DNA of 50,690 bases, counting the filler, from Ionaspis alba (Eukaryota), in NCBI GenBank assembly GCA_964255285.1. It is 2 parts of 2 records of this genome, joined end to end, with 100 filler letters (N's around TTAATTAATTAA, not from the genome) between each part and the next. Parts side by side here need not be neighbours in the genome. Positions count along the whole stretch, not along the records: positions 1 to 25,311 come from CAXUUL010000158.1; positions 25,412 to 50,690 come from CAXUUL010000159.1. One strand, written 5' to 3'. Of the stretch, positions 13,280-26,610 are shown piece after piece (position 1 is the stretch's first letter; each line of letters opens with the position of its first letter). Below the pieces are notes generated by a model. It was not told the DNA's origin. It saw nothing but the letters and a program-made list of their open reading frames with translations, and did not search any database. Position numbers and translations under genes: made by a program.

Positions 13280-14758
13280 ATGTCCGAACCCATCCGGAAT
13301 AAGAAGCTGGACATCGGTACCGCACCGTGAGTGTACAGATGTCACTGCAAATAGCAATTTTGAAAATGTCACCACTCATCCTTAATAGCACCCCTCAAAA
13401 TACACCTGCAAATAACGCACCCATATCATCGCATGCTCAACAACCCGGAGTTACAAGTATCAAAGAAGGTGCGGTCTCCTGTTTATAGAAGCTCTGTCCC
13501 AGCTCCAAAGCACAATGAATGACTTCTGACGTTCTCACGCCAGAGGATCTCGATCGTGCTGCCGCGGCTTCAGTACTCGCTAATAATCCGAAACTTGTTT
13601 CAATGATTCAGGGAAAGCTTGGGTCTTTAGTGGGTCGGTCATCAGGCTACATCGAGAACCTTCCTGCACCTGTCCGTCGACGCGTTGCTGGACTGAAAGG
13701 GGTACAAAAAGAACATTCCAAGCTCGAAGGTGAATTTCAGGAGGAGGTCCTACAGTTGGAGAAGAAGTACTTCGAGAAGTTCACACCTCTTTACGAGAAA
13801 CGTGCCAAAATCGTGAACGGAGCTGCTGAACCTACTGAAGAGGAGATCAAGGCTGGTGAAGCCGAGGACGAGGAAGATGGAGAATCCACCGCCGATGCAC
13901 CAAAGGCCTCAACCACCGAAGAGACCAAGTCCGAGAAACCCGAGGAAAATGTGCGTGGTATTCCCGAGTTCTGGTTGTCTGCTATGAAGAACCAGATGTC
14001 TCTCGCTGAAATGATTACCGACCGAGACGAGGCTGCTCTGAAGTCGCTCACTGATATTCGCATGGAATACTTGGAGCAACCTGGCTTCCGTTTGATATTC
14101 GAGTTCGCCGAGAATGACTTCTTCACGAATAAGGCTATCACCAAGACCTACTTCTACCAGGAAGAAAGTGGTTATGGTGGCGATTTCATCTACGACCATG
14201 CTGAGGGCGACAAGATTGACTGGAAGCCGGACCAAGATCTCACAGTACGCACCGAGAGCAAGAAGCAGCGAAACAAGAGTATGTATTGTTGATCTTTGGT
14301 CTGTTTTTGGGTATTTACTGACAACAAACTAGACACCAAGCAGACTCGAATTGTGAAAAAGACCGTGCCTACGGATTCGTTCTTCAATTTCTTCAATCCA
14401 CCTACTCCACCCAAGGAAGACAGTGACGATGAGGATGCTTCGTCCGACGTCGAGGAGCGTCTCGAGCTTGATTATCAGCTCGGTGAAGATATCAAGGAGA
14501 AGCTTATCCCACGTGCTATCGACTGGTTTACTGGCGAGGCACTACAGTTCGAAGAGCTTGACGAGGACCTCGAGGAGAATGATTTCGAGGATGAGGATGA
14601 CGATGATGATGAGGAGCAGAGTGATGATCGCGATGACGAGGAGGAGTCGGATGAAGAGGTAGGAATCCCTGCTTCATGAGACTGTTCTGCACTGACAAAG
14701 ATGCAAGGATGACGGATCGAAACCCAAGCAGGAAGCCGCTGAATGCAAGCAGAGTTAG
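13280..14758 (+). CDS. NAP1: Nucleosome assembly protein 1 (histone chaperone), multi-exon, C-terminal CaaX-type CKQS
   Basis: [43 protein letters not shown] and an acidic tail; the last exon ends AAECKQS*. Confidence 0.95.
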
Positions 14759-15388
14759 ACTTGGCCTGTCGTCCTTGAACAACGACAGGTTTCCTCAGAT
14801 TCCTAAGGCGACTTGCATTGGTCTCGTATCAGATTGAGCCTTAGACAATCTTGTGGAGCAAATTTCCGTACGAAATTAGTCTGCATTTGCGTCATGATCC
14901 TGTCTTATGTGGTGGGACTTTGGTGTTGCTACTCATTGTACTCTCGTACATCACCTGCCAAGTACTATGAGAGCAAAGCAAGCAAAAGGCGACTGGCGTC
15001 GGATCTGAATAGATAATTAGCAAGCTTGCACTGCTCCTACTCAACATTCTTTGCGATTTCGTTTCCTCCCATTCATAGTAAACAAGTCTATCTAGTCGTG
15101 AATGTAATGTACGGTAAATTATAGACTTGGTATTGAAGGCAATGTGCCTCTCGATGGTTGTCCTTAACCTAGTATTGCTAGTCATGACTGGACTTCATGT
15201 TGCTGCACGCCATTTGTACCATGCAGCTGAGTGGTTCGCCTCAACAGTATGCGGACAGGGGTGGGCTCGGCTGGAGCCGTTCATCCATGCAAGATGGTAT
15301 GACGCGATCGTCTGACAGTGCAGATCACAACTTTTCTTTTGTTCGACCAAAAAACACTTGATACAAATACGAATTTAGAGCCATAGTC

Positions 15389-17082
15389 ATGGTTTCTAAC
15401 GCAAGAGACATTGCTTCAAAGCAGAACGGCTATCCGTTAGAAGTTACGAATAGCCTGAGCCTTTCTACCTCTCCAATTGCAACGTTCCATTCTCCTCAAA
15501 CCTCCAGCTATGGTGGGGCACATCTCACAAGAAGGAGTACCGGCGCATTTGCGAAACAACTGAAACCATTCGCAACGGAAGACATCAAGATCTTACTCCT
15601 AGAAAATGTCAATCAAACGGGCCGAGACAATCTGGAGAAGCAAGGATATCAAGTCGATTTCCACAAGAGCTCGCTTTCTGAGGACGACCTGATAGCGAAG
15701 ATACGGTGGGGTACCTCACCGCACATTCTACTCGTTGACTATGAATCCACGATACTAATAACTGGAGTAGCGATGTACACGTAATAGGCATTCGGTCGAA
15801 AACCAAACTCACAGCCAGAGTGCTCCGCGAGGCGAAAAATCTTATCGTTATCGGATGCTTCTGTATCGGGACAAACCAGGTGGATCTACGATATGCTGCC
15901 CAGCACGGTATTGCGGTCTTCAACTCTCCCTTCAGTAACTCTCGCTCTGTTGCAGAATTGGTCATAGGCGAGATCATCGCCCTTGCTAGACAGCTCTGTG
16001 ACCGTTCGAATGAATTGCACAAGGGTACTTGGAATAAAGTTAGTAGCGGTTGCTGGGAGATTCGTGGCAAGACTCTTGGTGAGCAGAATCCACTTGCGCA
16101 GAGCGGACATCCCTGACAGCCGCCTCAGGCATCATTGGATACGGACATATTGGATCTCAGCTTTCGGTGCTTGCAGAGGCAATGGGAATGTCAGTAATCT
16201 ACTTCGACGTCGTCAACTTGATGTCTCTGGGCTCTGCTCGGCAAGTGTCTACCCTCGAAGCGCTTCTGAACAGCTCAGACTTTGTAACATGCCACGTACC
16301 GGAACTACCGGAAACCAAGAACCTCATTGGGCCGCAGCAGATCGACCAAATGAGAAAGGGGAGCTATCTGATCAATGCCAGTCGTGGCAGCATCGTCGAC
16401 ATCCCAGCACTCATCAATGCCATGCGCTCGGGCAAGATTGCTGGGGCTGCTTTGGACGTTTATCCTTCGGAGCCAGCTGGGAACGGAGACTACTTCACGA
16501 ATGACCTCAATTCTTGGGCGGCCGATCTCCGAAGTCTGAAAAACATCATCCTTACACCGCACATTGGAGGCAGTACGGAAGAGGCTCAGAGTGCCATAGG
16601 AGTAGAAGTCAGTGAAGCACTTGTTCGATATGTGAATGAAGGATCAACACTTGGAGCCGTCAACATGCCCGAAGTTAATCTACGATCTCTGACACTAGAA
16701 GAACCAAATCATGTCCGGGTCATCTATATCCATCACAACATACCTGGCGTGCTTCGAAAAGGTAGACACATCCTTGTTTTGCACACGTCGACCGGGCACT
16801 AATTCCTTCAGTGAATGAGATTCTCGGAGACCATAACGTAGACAAGCAGATGACAGACAGCAGAGGCGATGTATGATCCCTTTGCACCATGTCTGGAGAG
16901 ATGCCTAACTTGCTGCAGGTCGCATATCTCATGGCAGATATCAGCAATGTCAACAACCATGAAATCAAGGATCTATATGAGAGTCTTGAATGTCTAAGCT
17001 GTAAGACCTTGTGTCCTCAACTTCAACGATATTTGCGATCTGATACTTTCTAGCTCGAATTATGACACGGCTGCTCTACTAG
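15389..17082 (+). CDS. SER3: D-3-phosphoglycerate dehydrogenase with ACT domain, multi-exon
   Basis: KILLLENVN, GCFCIGTNQVDL, NSPFSNSRSVAEL, GYGHIGSQLS, INASRG and LTPHIGGSTEEAQ; ends RIMTRLLY*. Confidence 0.96.
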
Positions 17083-17717
17083 TAGACCCATCTTCTTCTG
17101 GCGTTTGGTGGCGCGGCAGTCTCTGGAAAATTTTCCGACAACATCGCGAGGCATTTGGGGATTTAGGGGTCTGGCAGATCAACATCCATGACGATTCTTC
17201 TGCTCTCGTCAAATGTATGGTAAATTAGAAGTAGAGTAAAAAGCGACAAAGAGTGGCCTTATCAAAGCAGAACCGTAACAAATGCGGAACACCGTAGACA
17301 TTTCGATTTTAAGCTCAGTGAAAGTTACCAATCCGACAGAATCCACTCTACCATAAGGAACATCGATTTCAGGTGAATAAGATAGATGTTTCCAGCATCC
17401 CCAACAATGGGCGCCTGAGAAAAAGGGGTGATGCAAGATGACTCAGCATACTTGCAGTCAGGGGAAAATGTGTCGCTAATACCCGCGTTTCCTGCTAACT
17501 TTATCCTCGCGTGTACTCCCAGGGCGGTGGAACGACAGAAATCCTTTTGATCAACCCGCAGCTACACTCATGCTTTTGAAATTCGTCGACGCGGCTAGGT
17601 TGCGTTGCATATAGGCCTAGGGGTGGGGTTCTGGTTCTGATCGCGGCCGATCGGCGGTTGTCCTGATTCTGCTCAACGATCAGCCGGCAAGTGGCCTTTG
17701 GTTGAGGACTGTTGACT

Positions 17718-20700
17718 ATGGCACACAACTTCGATGTTGGCACGCGGGCCTGGCAGCCCGATCCCCAGGAGGGATGGATTGCCTCTGAAGTTGAGGAAAA
17801 GAAGATTCAAGGAGAGAAAGTGATACTTGTCTTCCGGCTTGAAAATGGGGAGGTCGGTGAAGATGTCTGCTCTAGTTATGCCACTTTGCACATAACTGAC
17901 CGTTCGCCTTAACCAGACGAGAACGATCGAGACCACTTTAGTCGCCCTACGATCAGACAACAACGAGACCCTACCTCCCCTCATGAATCCATCCATGCTC
18001 GAAGCAAGTGACGACCTTACAAACCTCTCTCATCTCAATGAGCCAGCGGGTACGAGTACCACAATCCAGAGATTCTGAGGGGATGCTAACGATTCTCCCA
18101 GTCCTTCAAGCAATCAAACTCCGGTACCTGCAGAAAGAGATTTATACATACAGTGGAATAGTGCTGATAGCGACGAATCCTTTTGCACGGGTGGATTCAC
18201 TATACGTCCCTGGAATGGTACAAGCCTACGCGGGGAAACAGAGGGCATCGCAAGCACCACACTTGTTTGCAATCGCGGAAGAGGCGTTCACGTCAGTGTA
18301 GCGGTATCATCCTGTGGGATCATGCTGAAACATTACAGGGACATGCTACGAGATTCGCACAACCAGACCATTGTTGTCTCCGGCGAGTCTGGCGCCGGAA
18401 AAACTGTCAGCGCCAAATACATCATGAGATACTTCGCAACACGAGAATCACCGGACCAGCCAGGCAAACGAGCAAAAGGAATTTCTGATGCTATGAGCGA
18501 GACGGAGGAACAAATACTTGCTACGAATCCTATCATGGAAGCTTTTGGAAACGCAAAGACGACGCGCAACGACAATTCCTCGCGGTTTGGAAAATATATT
18601 GAGATCATGTTTGACAAGAGGATGGAGATTATTGGAGCCAAGATACGAACATATCTTTTGGAACGTTCGAGATTGGTTTTTCAGCCTCTCAAGGAACGCA
18701 ACTACCACATCTTTTATCAACTCGTTGCTGGAGCTACACCTGCGGAAAGGGAAGATCTGGGACTTGTCCCTGTCGAGCATTTCGACTATCTGAACCAGGG
18801 CGGATCACCTTTGATCGATGGAGTGGATGACAAGACAGAGTTCGATGCTACGAGACAATCTCTTACGACTATTGGAGTCAGCGTCAGAAAGCAGGCCGAA
18901 ATATTCCGAATATTGGCTGCTCTACTCCATCTCGGAAACGTCAAGATTACAGCCACCCGGACGGAGTCCGCTCTTGCTCCCAATGAGCCGTCTCTTGTCC
19001 GTGCTTGTCAGATGCTTGGAGTGAATGCTAGTGAATTCTCTAAATGGACAGTCAAAAAGCAACTGATAACGCGGGGAGAGAAGATTACCTCGAACTTGAC
19101 CCAGCAACAGGCGCTTGTCGTACGAGACTCAGTGGCCAAGTTCATCTATTCTGGACTGTTTGATTGGTTGGTCGAGACGATCAATGAAGGATTGGCCACT
19201 GAGGAGGTCATCAGCCAAATCAATTCCTTCATTGGAGTCCTGGACATTTACGGATTCGAGCACTTTGCAACGAATTCTTTCGAGCAGTTCTGCATCAACT
19301 ATGCGAATGAGAAGTTGCAGCAGGAGTTCAACCAGCACGTTTTCAAATTAGAGCAAGAAGAGTACGTCCGGGAGCAGATTGATTGGACTTTCATCAACTT
19401 TTCCGACAACCAACCCTGTATTGACCTTATTGAGGGCAAACTGGGGGTTCTCTCACTCCTCGATGAAGAGTCTCGATTACCTATGGGCTCTGATGAGCAG
19501 TTTGTCACCAAGCTCCATCACAACTTCGCGGCGGACAAGCAGAAATTCTACAAGAAGCCACGTTTTGGTAAATCTTCATTTACTGTCTGCCATTATGCTA
19601 CAGATGTCACATACGAGTCGGATGGATTTATTGAGAAAAATCGAGATACCGTGCCCGACGAGCATATGGAAGTACTTCGCCTTACCACAAGTCCGTTCCT
19701 TAGTGAGGTTCTCGAAGCTGCCGCTGTAGTGCGAGAAAAGGAATCTGCGGCTACAGCCAGTGCTAAAGCAGCAGCAGCTCCTGGGAGAAGGATTGGAGTT
19801 GCATCCAACCGCAAACCCACACTAGGAGGAATCTTCAAGTTGTCTCTTATCGAGCTGATGCAGACCATCAATTCGACGGACGTGCACTACATTCGTTGCA
19901 TAAAGCCTAACGAAGGTAAAGAGGCCTGGAAGTTTGAAGGGCCGATGGTGTTGAGTCAATTAAGAGCATGTGGTGTGTTGGAGACAGTCAGGATAAGCTG
20001 TGCTGGCTATCCCACGCGATGGACCTACGAGGAATTTGCCTTACGATATTATATGCTAGTGCCTTCCTCTGGCTGGACGTCTGAAATACGCGAAATGGCC
20101 AACGCAATCCTCAAGAAAGCTTTAGGGCAGACTAGTGAGAAAGGCTTGGATAAGTACCAACTTGGACTCACCAAAATATTCTTCCGCGCTGGAATGCTCG
20201 CCTTTCTCGAAAACTTACGCACCAATCGCCTCAATGAATGTGCGATTATGATCCAGAAGAATCTTCGCTGCAAGTACTATCGAAGAAAGTATCTCGAAGC
20301 CAGAGAGTCAATTCTACAATTCCAGGCCTTGTCGCGTGGCCGTGACGCGCGACTACGCGCTGAAGAGGTTCGACGAACCAAGGCAGCAACGCAGATTCAA
20401 ACACTTTGGCGTGGTCAGAAAGAGAGAAAGAAGTTCAACCTGATCCGAGACAATATCATCCTCCTTCAATCTGTTACCAAAGGATTTCTCTGTCGGAGGA
20501 AGATTATGGAGACGAGAATCGGCAACGCTGCGGTTCTTATTCAGAGGACGTGGCGGTCACGAAGACAAATGCGCGAATGGCGACAGTACCGGAAGAAGGT
20601 TGTTACTATCCAGAGCTTGTGGCGTGGTAGGAAAGCGAGACGTGGCTACAAGAAAATACGAGAAGAGGCCCGAGATCTCAAGCAAATCTCGTACAAGCTT

Positions 20701-22746
20701 GAGAACAAGGTGGTCGAATTGACGCAGTCTTTGGGAGCGCTGAAGCGTGACAACAGAGCTCTGGTCACCCAGGTCGAGAATTATGAAGGCCAGCTGAAGT
20801 CTTGGAGAAACAGGCACAATGCACTTGAAGGCAGGACCAAAGAGCTGCAAGCGGAGGCCAATCAAGCAGGTATCTCAGCGGCTCGTCTTGTTGCTATGGA
20901 AGCGGAGATGGGCAAACTGCAGCAGAACTACGAGGAATCCACTGCCAATGTGAGACGGCTCCAGGAAGAGGAGAAGTCTCTTCGGGAATCACTCAAGCAG
21001 ACCGACAGCGAGTTGCAGAAAGAGCGTCAATCAGTTGCGATGCACGAGAATGAGAAGAAAACGTTGAGACAGCAACTCGCAGATCTACAGGACCAGATGG
21101 AGCTTGCAAAGAAGGCTGTCCCACCAACTAACGGTGAACTTACGAATGGTCATGCTCTTCCACCACAAACGAACGGCCTGATTAATCTTGTTTCCTCGAA
21201 GAAACCCAAAAGACGGAGTGCTGGAGCCGAGAGACTGGAAGCAGATCGTTTCAGTGCCACCTACAATCCTCGTCCCATGTCGATGGCAGTCACTGGTCCC
21301 AATGCATACCGCCAGAATTTGTCTGGATCGACTTTGAGTCCGGCTGTCGACAACGTTGAGTTCGAGCTTGTCAACCTTTTATCTGATGAGGACGGTCTAA
21401 ACGACGAGATCACTATGGGCCTCATCAAAGCTCTCAAGATTCCTGCTCCTAGTGCAACGGACCCTCCAAGTGATAAAGAAGTCCTGTACCCGTCCTACCT
21501 CATCAACCTCGTGACTTCGGAGATGTGGAACAACGGATACGTCAAAGAATCTGAGCGGTTCCTCGCCAATGTCATGCAATCTATCCAGCAGGAAGTCATG
21601 CAACACGAGGGCGAAGAAGCGATCATCCCCGGTGCATTCTGGCTTTCGAACGTTCATGAAGTACTTTCCTTTGTGTTCCTTGCTGAGGATTGGTACGAGG
21701 CACAAAAAGATGAGAATTATGAATATGCACGTCTCCTGGAGATTGTCAAGCATGACCTCGAGAGCTTGGAATTCAACATCTATCATACTTGGATGAAGGT
21801 CTTGAAGAAGAAATTACAGAAGATGATCGTTCCTGCTATTATCGAGTCTCAATCTCTACCCGGCTTTATCACAGCCGAGAGCAACAAGTTCTTTGGCAAG
21901 CTTCTACAGTCGAACAGCACACCGGCTTTCAGTATGGACGATCTCTTGAGCTTACTGAACAGTGTCTTCAAAGCTATGAAAGCATTCTACTTGGAGGACT
22001 CGATCGTCGTCCAGGCTGTTACAGAGCTTCTCAGACTGGTTGGCGTCACAGCTTTCAATGATCTGCTGATGCGCCGGAATTTCCTTTCCTGGAAGCGTGG
22101 TCTTCAGATCAACTACAACATCACCAGGATCGAGGAGTGGTGCAAGAGTCATGATATGCCTGAAGGGACTTTGCAACTGGAGCATCTTATGGTACGTCAA
22201 CACATTTCAATGGGAGATGAACAATTGCTGACAATTCTATAGCAAGCAACGAAGCTGCTGCAGCTGAAGAAAGCAACGTTGAATGACATCGAGATCATCC
22301 AAGACATCTGCTGGATGTAAGTCGACGTTGAAGATCCCGCAGTATCATGTCAGCACTAACATTTCTGCGCGTCCAGGCTGTCAGCCAACCAAATTCAAAA
22401 GCTCCTAAACCAATACCTCGTCGCCGACTACGAGCAGCCCATCAACGGCGAAATCATGAAAGCCGTCGCTTCTCGCGTTACAGAGAAAGGCGACGTGCTG
22501 CTCCTCACAGCCGTAGACATGGAAGACAGCGGCCCCTACGAGATCGCCGAACCCCGCCTCATCACCGCGCTGGAGACCTACACACCCTCCTGGCTCCAGA
22601 CACCCCGCCTGAAGCGCTTAGCTGAGATCGTCTCTGCCCAAGCTATAGCCCAGCAGGAGAAGCTCGAGTTTGAGCTCCCGAACGACGAACCAGATGGCGA
22701 GGCCGAGTTCGCAAGGCACGATATCCCGCCCGCTCAGGTGGTTTGA
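17718..22746 (+). CDS. MYO2: Class V myosin (motor, IQ repeats, coiled coil, DIL domain)
   Basis: P-loop GESGAGKT, NDNSSRFGK, LDIYGFE, QLRACGVLE, multiple IQxxxRGxxxR repeats and the DIL segment RRNFLSWKRGLQINYNITRIEEW. Confidence 0.97.
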
Positions 22747-23475
22747 GCTGGATCCAAACATTGCGCGCGCGGTGCATTCTGGTGATACCCTCTATCGCTA
22801 CCACTTCTTTTTCTTCCTTAATCTTCGAGTACATTGTTGCGCAGAGAGCGTCTATAAATAGAGTTGGATTTACGGGTCTCGAATTCATGGCGAGGATTTG
22901 TGCGACGGGCATATCTGCTTGCGACGATTTTTCTAGAGGGGATCTGTTGCTTGTGTGTGATGCATTACGGATGGAATCCATGGAGTATGGGTGTTTGAAT
23001 GGTGACATGGCTGAATGGGAAAGGGAGGATTAGTTGTGTAGGAGGGAGGTGGTGTTAGATACGCTGCGGAGCGATATACAAACTCATAGATGAGGCTGTG
23101 AAATGCTGTCTGTTGTCAAGACTGGAATCTCCGTTATTCCCTCATGCTCCGCAGTCTTGAGACACAATGTAAGGATCAGTATCAACAATAATCTTCTGCC
23201 AAAGCCCTGTCTACGATCTATGAGAAAACCGAAAATCTAAGGCATGGCGGATATTTCCTTTTCGAGCGAGCGGGCCAGAATCCAACGGCTGCGGAAGTGG
23301 CAACCAATTTGCCAAGGCATTAATTGGCTGCAGATTGAGCCGCCTCCCCAGATGGTGCAGGATGGAGAGATCCAGCACTCTGTATTATATTTTTGCTGTT
23401 ATCGATGTTGCTGTACTGTTTCCAGTTGGCAAGCTGCCTCGAGCAATAGCATCGCTTATCATTGAGCTTCCGAAG

Positions 23476-24993
23476 ATGCTGTTGCCTAAATCCTTCCATC
23501 GCAGGGTTATCGCCGCAGGCCTTATCCTTGTCTGCCTTTCAGCCAGTCTCTACACAGCGTACTTCTACAAACAAGCCCGCAAGCAGCACCAGATCGCGCC
23601 AATCCCAAAACCCCCGGCCCCGCCGCCTCCCATCAATGACAGCGGCGATGGAGGCATCACGCAGGCCGTCAGTGAAAAGGCGCAGGAGCGGTGGCTCAAT
23701 CGACACAACTCTTCCAACCCGTTCAAGTACGGCTACCGCGAGATGGTGACGCGCGAAGTCCCGAATCTGCGCCGCGAGTCCTTCACGAAGATCGAGTCAC
23801 CCCTCTTCGCGGAGTTCTACACTGTTGGGACGATAGAAGAGGCAAGAACGCGGATTGAAACCCAGGGATCAGAGCCTCTAGTGCTAGATGTGCCTGCTTT
23901 TGCGGAAGAGCCGGTTAAGGCTGGGCATCTGATCTTCGGGATTCAGACGACTGTCAAGCGATTGGAGGCTTCGATCCCGCAATTGACGAGATGGTTGCCC
24001 CATACTGGCGCGAAGCTCTACGTTGTGGTTCTGGAGGCGGAGAACGTGGCTGCGAACCCGGAAAAGGTCGCTGGACTTGAGTCGCGGATGCGAGAGCTGG
24101 GCTTCGATGTCACGCTCCTGCCGGCCGAAGAGGGGGATTTGTTTCCACAGAGGTATTTTTCGCTTGTGAATATTATGTATGAACATAGGACGCCGGAGAC
24201 GAAGTGGATTAGCTTGATTGATGACGATACTTTTTTTCCGTCGATGCCGGCGTTGTTGGCTATGTTGGCGAAGCATGATGCGGAAGAGGAATATTATATT
24301 GGGAGTTTGTCGGAAGATTGGTGGGCCGTTTCGCATTATGGGTTGATGGGGTTTGGAGGTGCAGGATTGTTTTTGTCGCTGCCGTTGGCGAAAGTTATGG
24401 ATGCGAATACGCAGGATTGCAAGTATGGATTAAGTTCGAGTGCGGGAGATATTACCATTATGGATTGCGTGTACCGGCATACCTCGACCAAGCTCACCCA
24501 TGTTCCAGAGATGCATCAGACGGATATACAGGGCGATCTTTCTGGATTCTATGAGAGTGGACGAAAGCATATCTCGCTGCATCATTGGAAGTCAGGCAGC
24601 GTGTCTATCAACTACACGCCAATGGCTACAATGCACCTTGTTGCCGACATCTGCGGAGAGTGTTTTCTTCAGAGATGGCAGTTCGGCGAAGACATGGTTC
24701 TCTCGAATGCGTTTTCCATTGCATATTATCCCAAAGGACATCTGAGAGAGGATCACGAAGACTCGATCGATCTGAAGAAAATGGAGCAGACTTTCAACGA
24801 GAATATGGATGTGAGGAATTCATGGGGTCCCACGAGGAGAAAACTGAGTCTGGAAAATGAAAAGATTCAGTACACTTTCCTCGACTCCATCTCGAAGGAC
24901 GAGGGCGTGCGGCAGCTTTATGTTCACAATGGCGTCAATGGAGATCCGGATACAATTCTGGAAATCTTGTGGAAGGCACAAAAGAAGGGGTGA
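23476..24993 (+). CDS. Glycosyltransferase family 31 (Fringe-like/DUF604), type II membrane protein
   Basis: N-terminal hydrophobic anchor, DxD-type WISLIDDDTFF, YIGSLSE, GFGGAG and SLHHWKS. Confidence 0.88.
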   Translation: MLLPKSFHRRVIAAGLILVCLSASLYTAYFYKQARKQHQIAPIPKPPAPPPPINDSGDGGITQAVSEKAQERWLNRHNSSNPFKYGYREMVTREVPNLRRESFTKIESPLFAEFYTVGTIEEARTRIETQGSEPLVLDVPAFAEEPVKAGHLIFGIQTTVKRLEASIPQLTRWLPHTGAKLYVVVLEAENVAANPEKVAGLESRMRELGFDVTLLPAEEGDLFPQRYFSLVNIMYEHRTPETKWISLIDDDTFFPSMPALLAMLAKHDAEEEYYIGSLSEDWWAVSHYGLMGFGGAGLFLSLPLAKVMDANTQDCKYGLSSSAGDITIMDCVYRHTSTKLTHVPEMHQTDIQGDLSGFYESGRKHISLHHWKSGSVSINYTPMATMHLVADICGECFLQRWQFGEDMVLSNAFSIAYYPKGHLREDHEDSIDLKKMEQTFNENMDVRNSWGPTRRKLSLENEKIQYTFLDSISKDEGVRQLYVHNGVNGDPDTILEILWKAQKKG

Positions 24994-25311
24994 AAGGAGC
25001 AGGTCGCCCCAGTCGTTGGATAATTCATATCCCGGGCTTTTCCTTCTTGGATACGTCCGGATCTTGGGCTCCCTTCGAGCAGGCCCAACAACAGTAAGCC
25101 AGTAAGCTTGAAGAAGGCGTCTATACAAGAACGATCTCTCCCGAAGTGGAGTAGGTGGCAGAACCATTGCGCTGGAATGCTCGAAGGCAAAGCTTGGAAG
25201 TCGGAACCACTCGATGGGTTAGTCGAAGGAGAAGTCGCTCTACCCTAGGTGCTACGGCCGACAGTATAGGGGATAGGATGTATTGAATACATCTCTTTGG
25301 GTCAAAGTGGA

Positions 25312-25411
25312 NNNNNNNNNNNNNNNNNNNNNNNNNNNNNNNNNNNNNNNNNNNNTTAATTAATTAANNNNNNNNNNNNNNNNNNNNNNNNNNNNNNNNN
25401 NNNNNNNNNNN
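25312..25411. other. Artificial contig linker (44 N + TTAATTAATTAA + 44 N; stops in all six frames)
   Basis: TTAATTAATTAA at 25356-25367, centred in a 100-base N block. Confidence 0.9.
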
Positions 25412-25526
25412 GCTCAGTGTTAGCCGTTTCCGCGATATAAGTACCACACTATCACACGGAACTCTCTTGGTCAAGCCTTTGGAAGAATATCGTACCGTCC
25501 TGCTCTTGGTTGAAGGAACCGTCCCC

Positions 25527-26610
25527 ATGGCGACTCAGAGCGAGGGTAGGGTGGCTTACCCAATCAAGCGGAACTTTAGGTCGTCTATCAGGTACGGAAT
25601 ATCAGTTAAAGCCTGTTGGCTTTTAGGCTGACTACTGTCGGCAGGCTCAATTACAATCATCTGCTCATGAAAGAGATTGCTGGCTACTTGATCAATCCTA
25701 AAATACCTACAAGCCAAGAAAACCTATGCATCGCCGATGTAGGCACGGGCACCGCGTAAGGCACTTGATTCTCCCAGTCTTCTTGCTAACAGTCATGATA
25801 ATATAGCGCTTGGGCTCTTGAGACTGCTGTCAAATATCCGAATGCGACAGTCGATGGCTTCGACATTTCAGACGAGCAGTTCTCGCCCCTGTACAGTATA
25901 CCAAATGTCCGGCTGAGAGTCCACGATTGCTTCGAAGCGTTTCCCCCGGAGTTTCTAAGACACTACGATTTCGTGCACGCTAGGTTCTGGCTCTGTGTCG
26001 TGAACAACCCAGATGCTCCAGTTCTGCTTAAGAATCTCGTGAGCATACTGAGTAAGTGCTTCCATTGCGTCCACTGCTCAGCTACCCTCGCAATAGTGAA
26101 TATTCATATCTCTTTCAGAATAGATGAAGGCATCCCGCTGACGATGGAATAGAGCCCGGTGGATACCTACAGTAGTTCGAGCCACTAGCCATGTCAGTCA
26201 GCGTCTGGAAACCTGATCCCAACATGCCAACTCCGGCTCTCGACCAGCACTGCAAAGCGTGGGCGAAGCCAAAGCCATATACCACTTACGAGTAAGTGCC
26301 CACACCATTATTCTAGGCACCGCGCGGCGTTCCTAACCAAGCTAGGTGGGTCGAGCAGCTGCCAGAACTTTTCCAGAGCCAGGGCCTTGAAGCAGTAACG
26401 ACTGACCGCCATCTCTGCGGCGACCAATACCGCGCGATGTGGGGCCAGAGCAACCTCGCTGGCTATCAGGATTTGGTTGATGAGAATACTGAAGGGGTGG
26501 GGAATGCGGACGACATTAGGAAGTTTGTGGGGGCGTTGGAGGTGGAGATGAAAAAAGGGGCGAGTTTCGATACCACCTTCTTATGTGTTGTTGGAAGAAA
26601 GGCCCTGTAA
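25527..26610 (+). pseudogene. LaeA-like class I SAM methyltransferase, multi-exon, with in-frame stop
   Basis: IADVGTGT, VDGFDIS, YDFVHAR and PGGYLQ*FE, where TAG at 26173-26175 replaces the usual Trp; ends VVGRKAL*. Not shown in the ORF track. Confidence 0.85.

Noticed and set aside
1681..17082. HOM3 and SER3 as an amino-acid biosynthesis cluster
   Set aside because: They belong to different pathways and are separated by five unrelated housekeeping genes; this is an ordinary core-genome neighbourhood.
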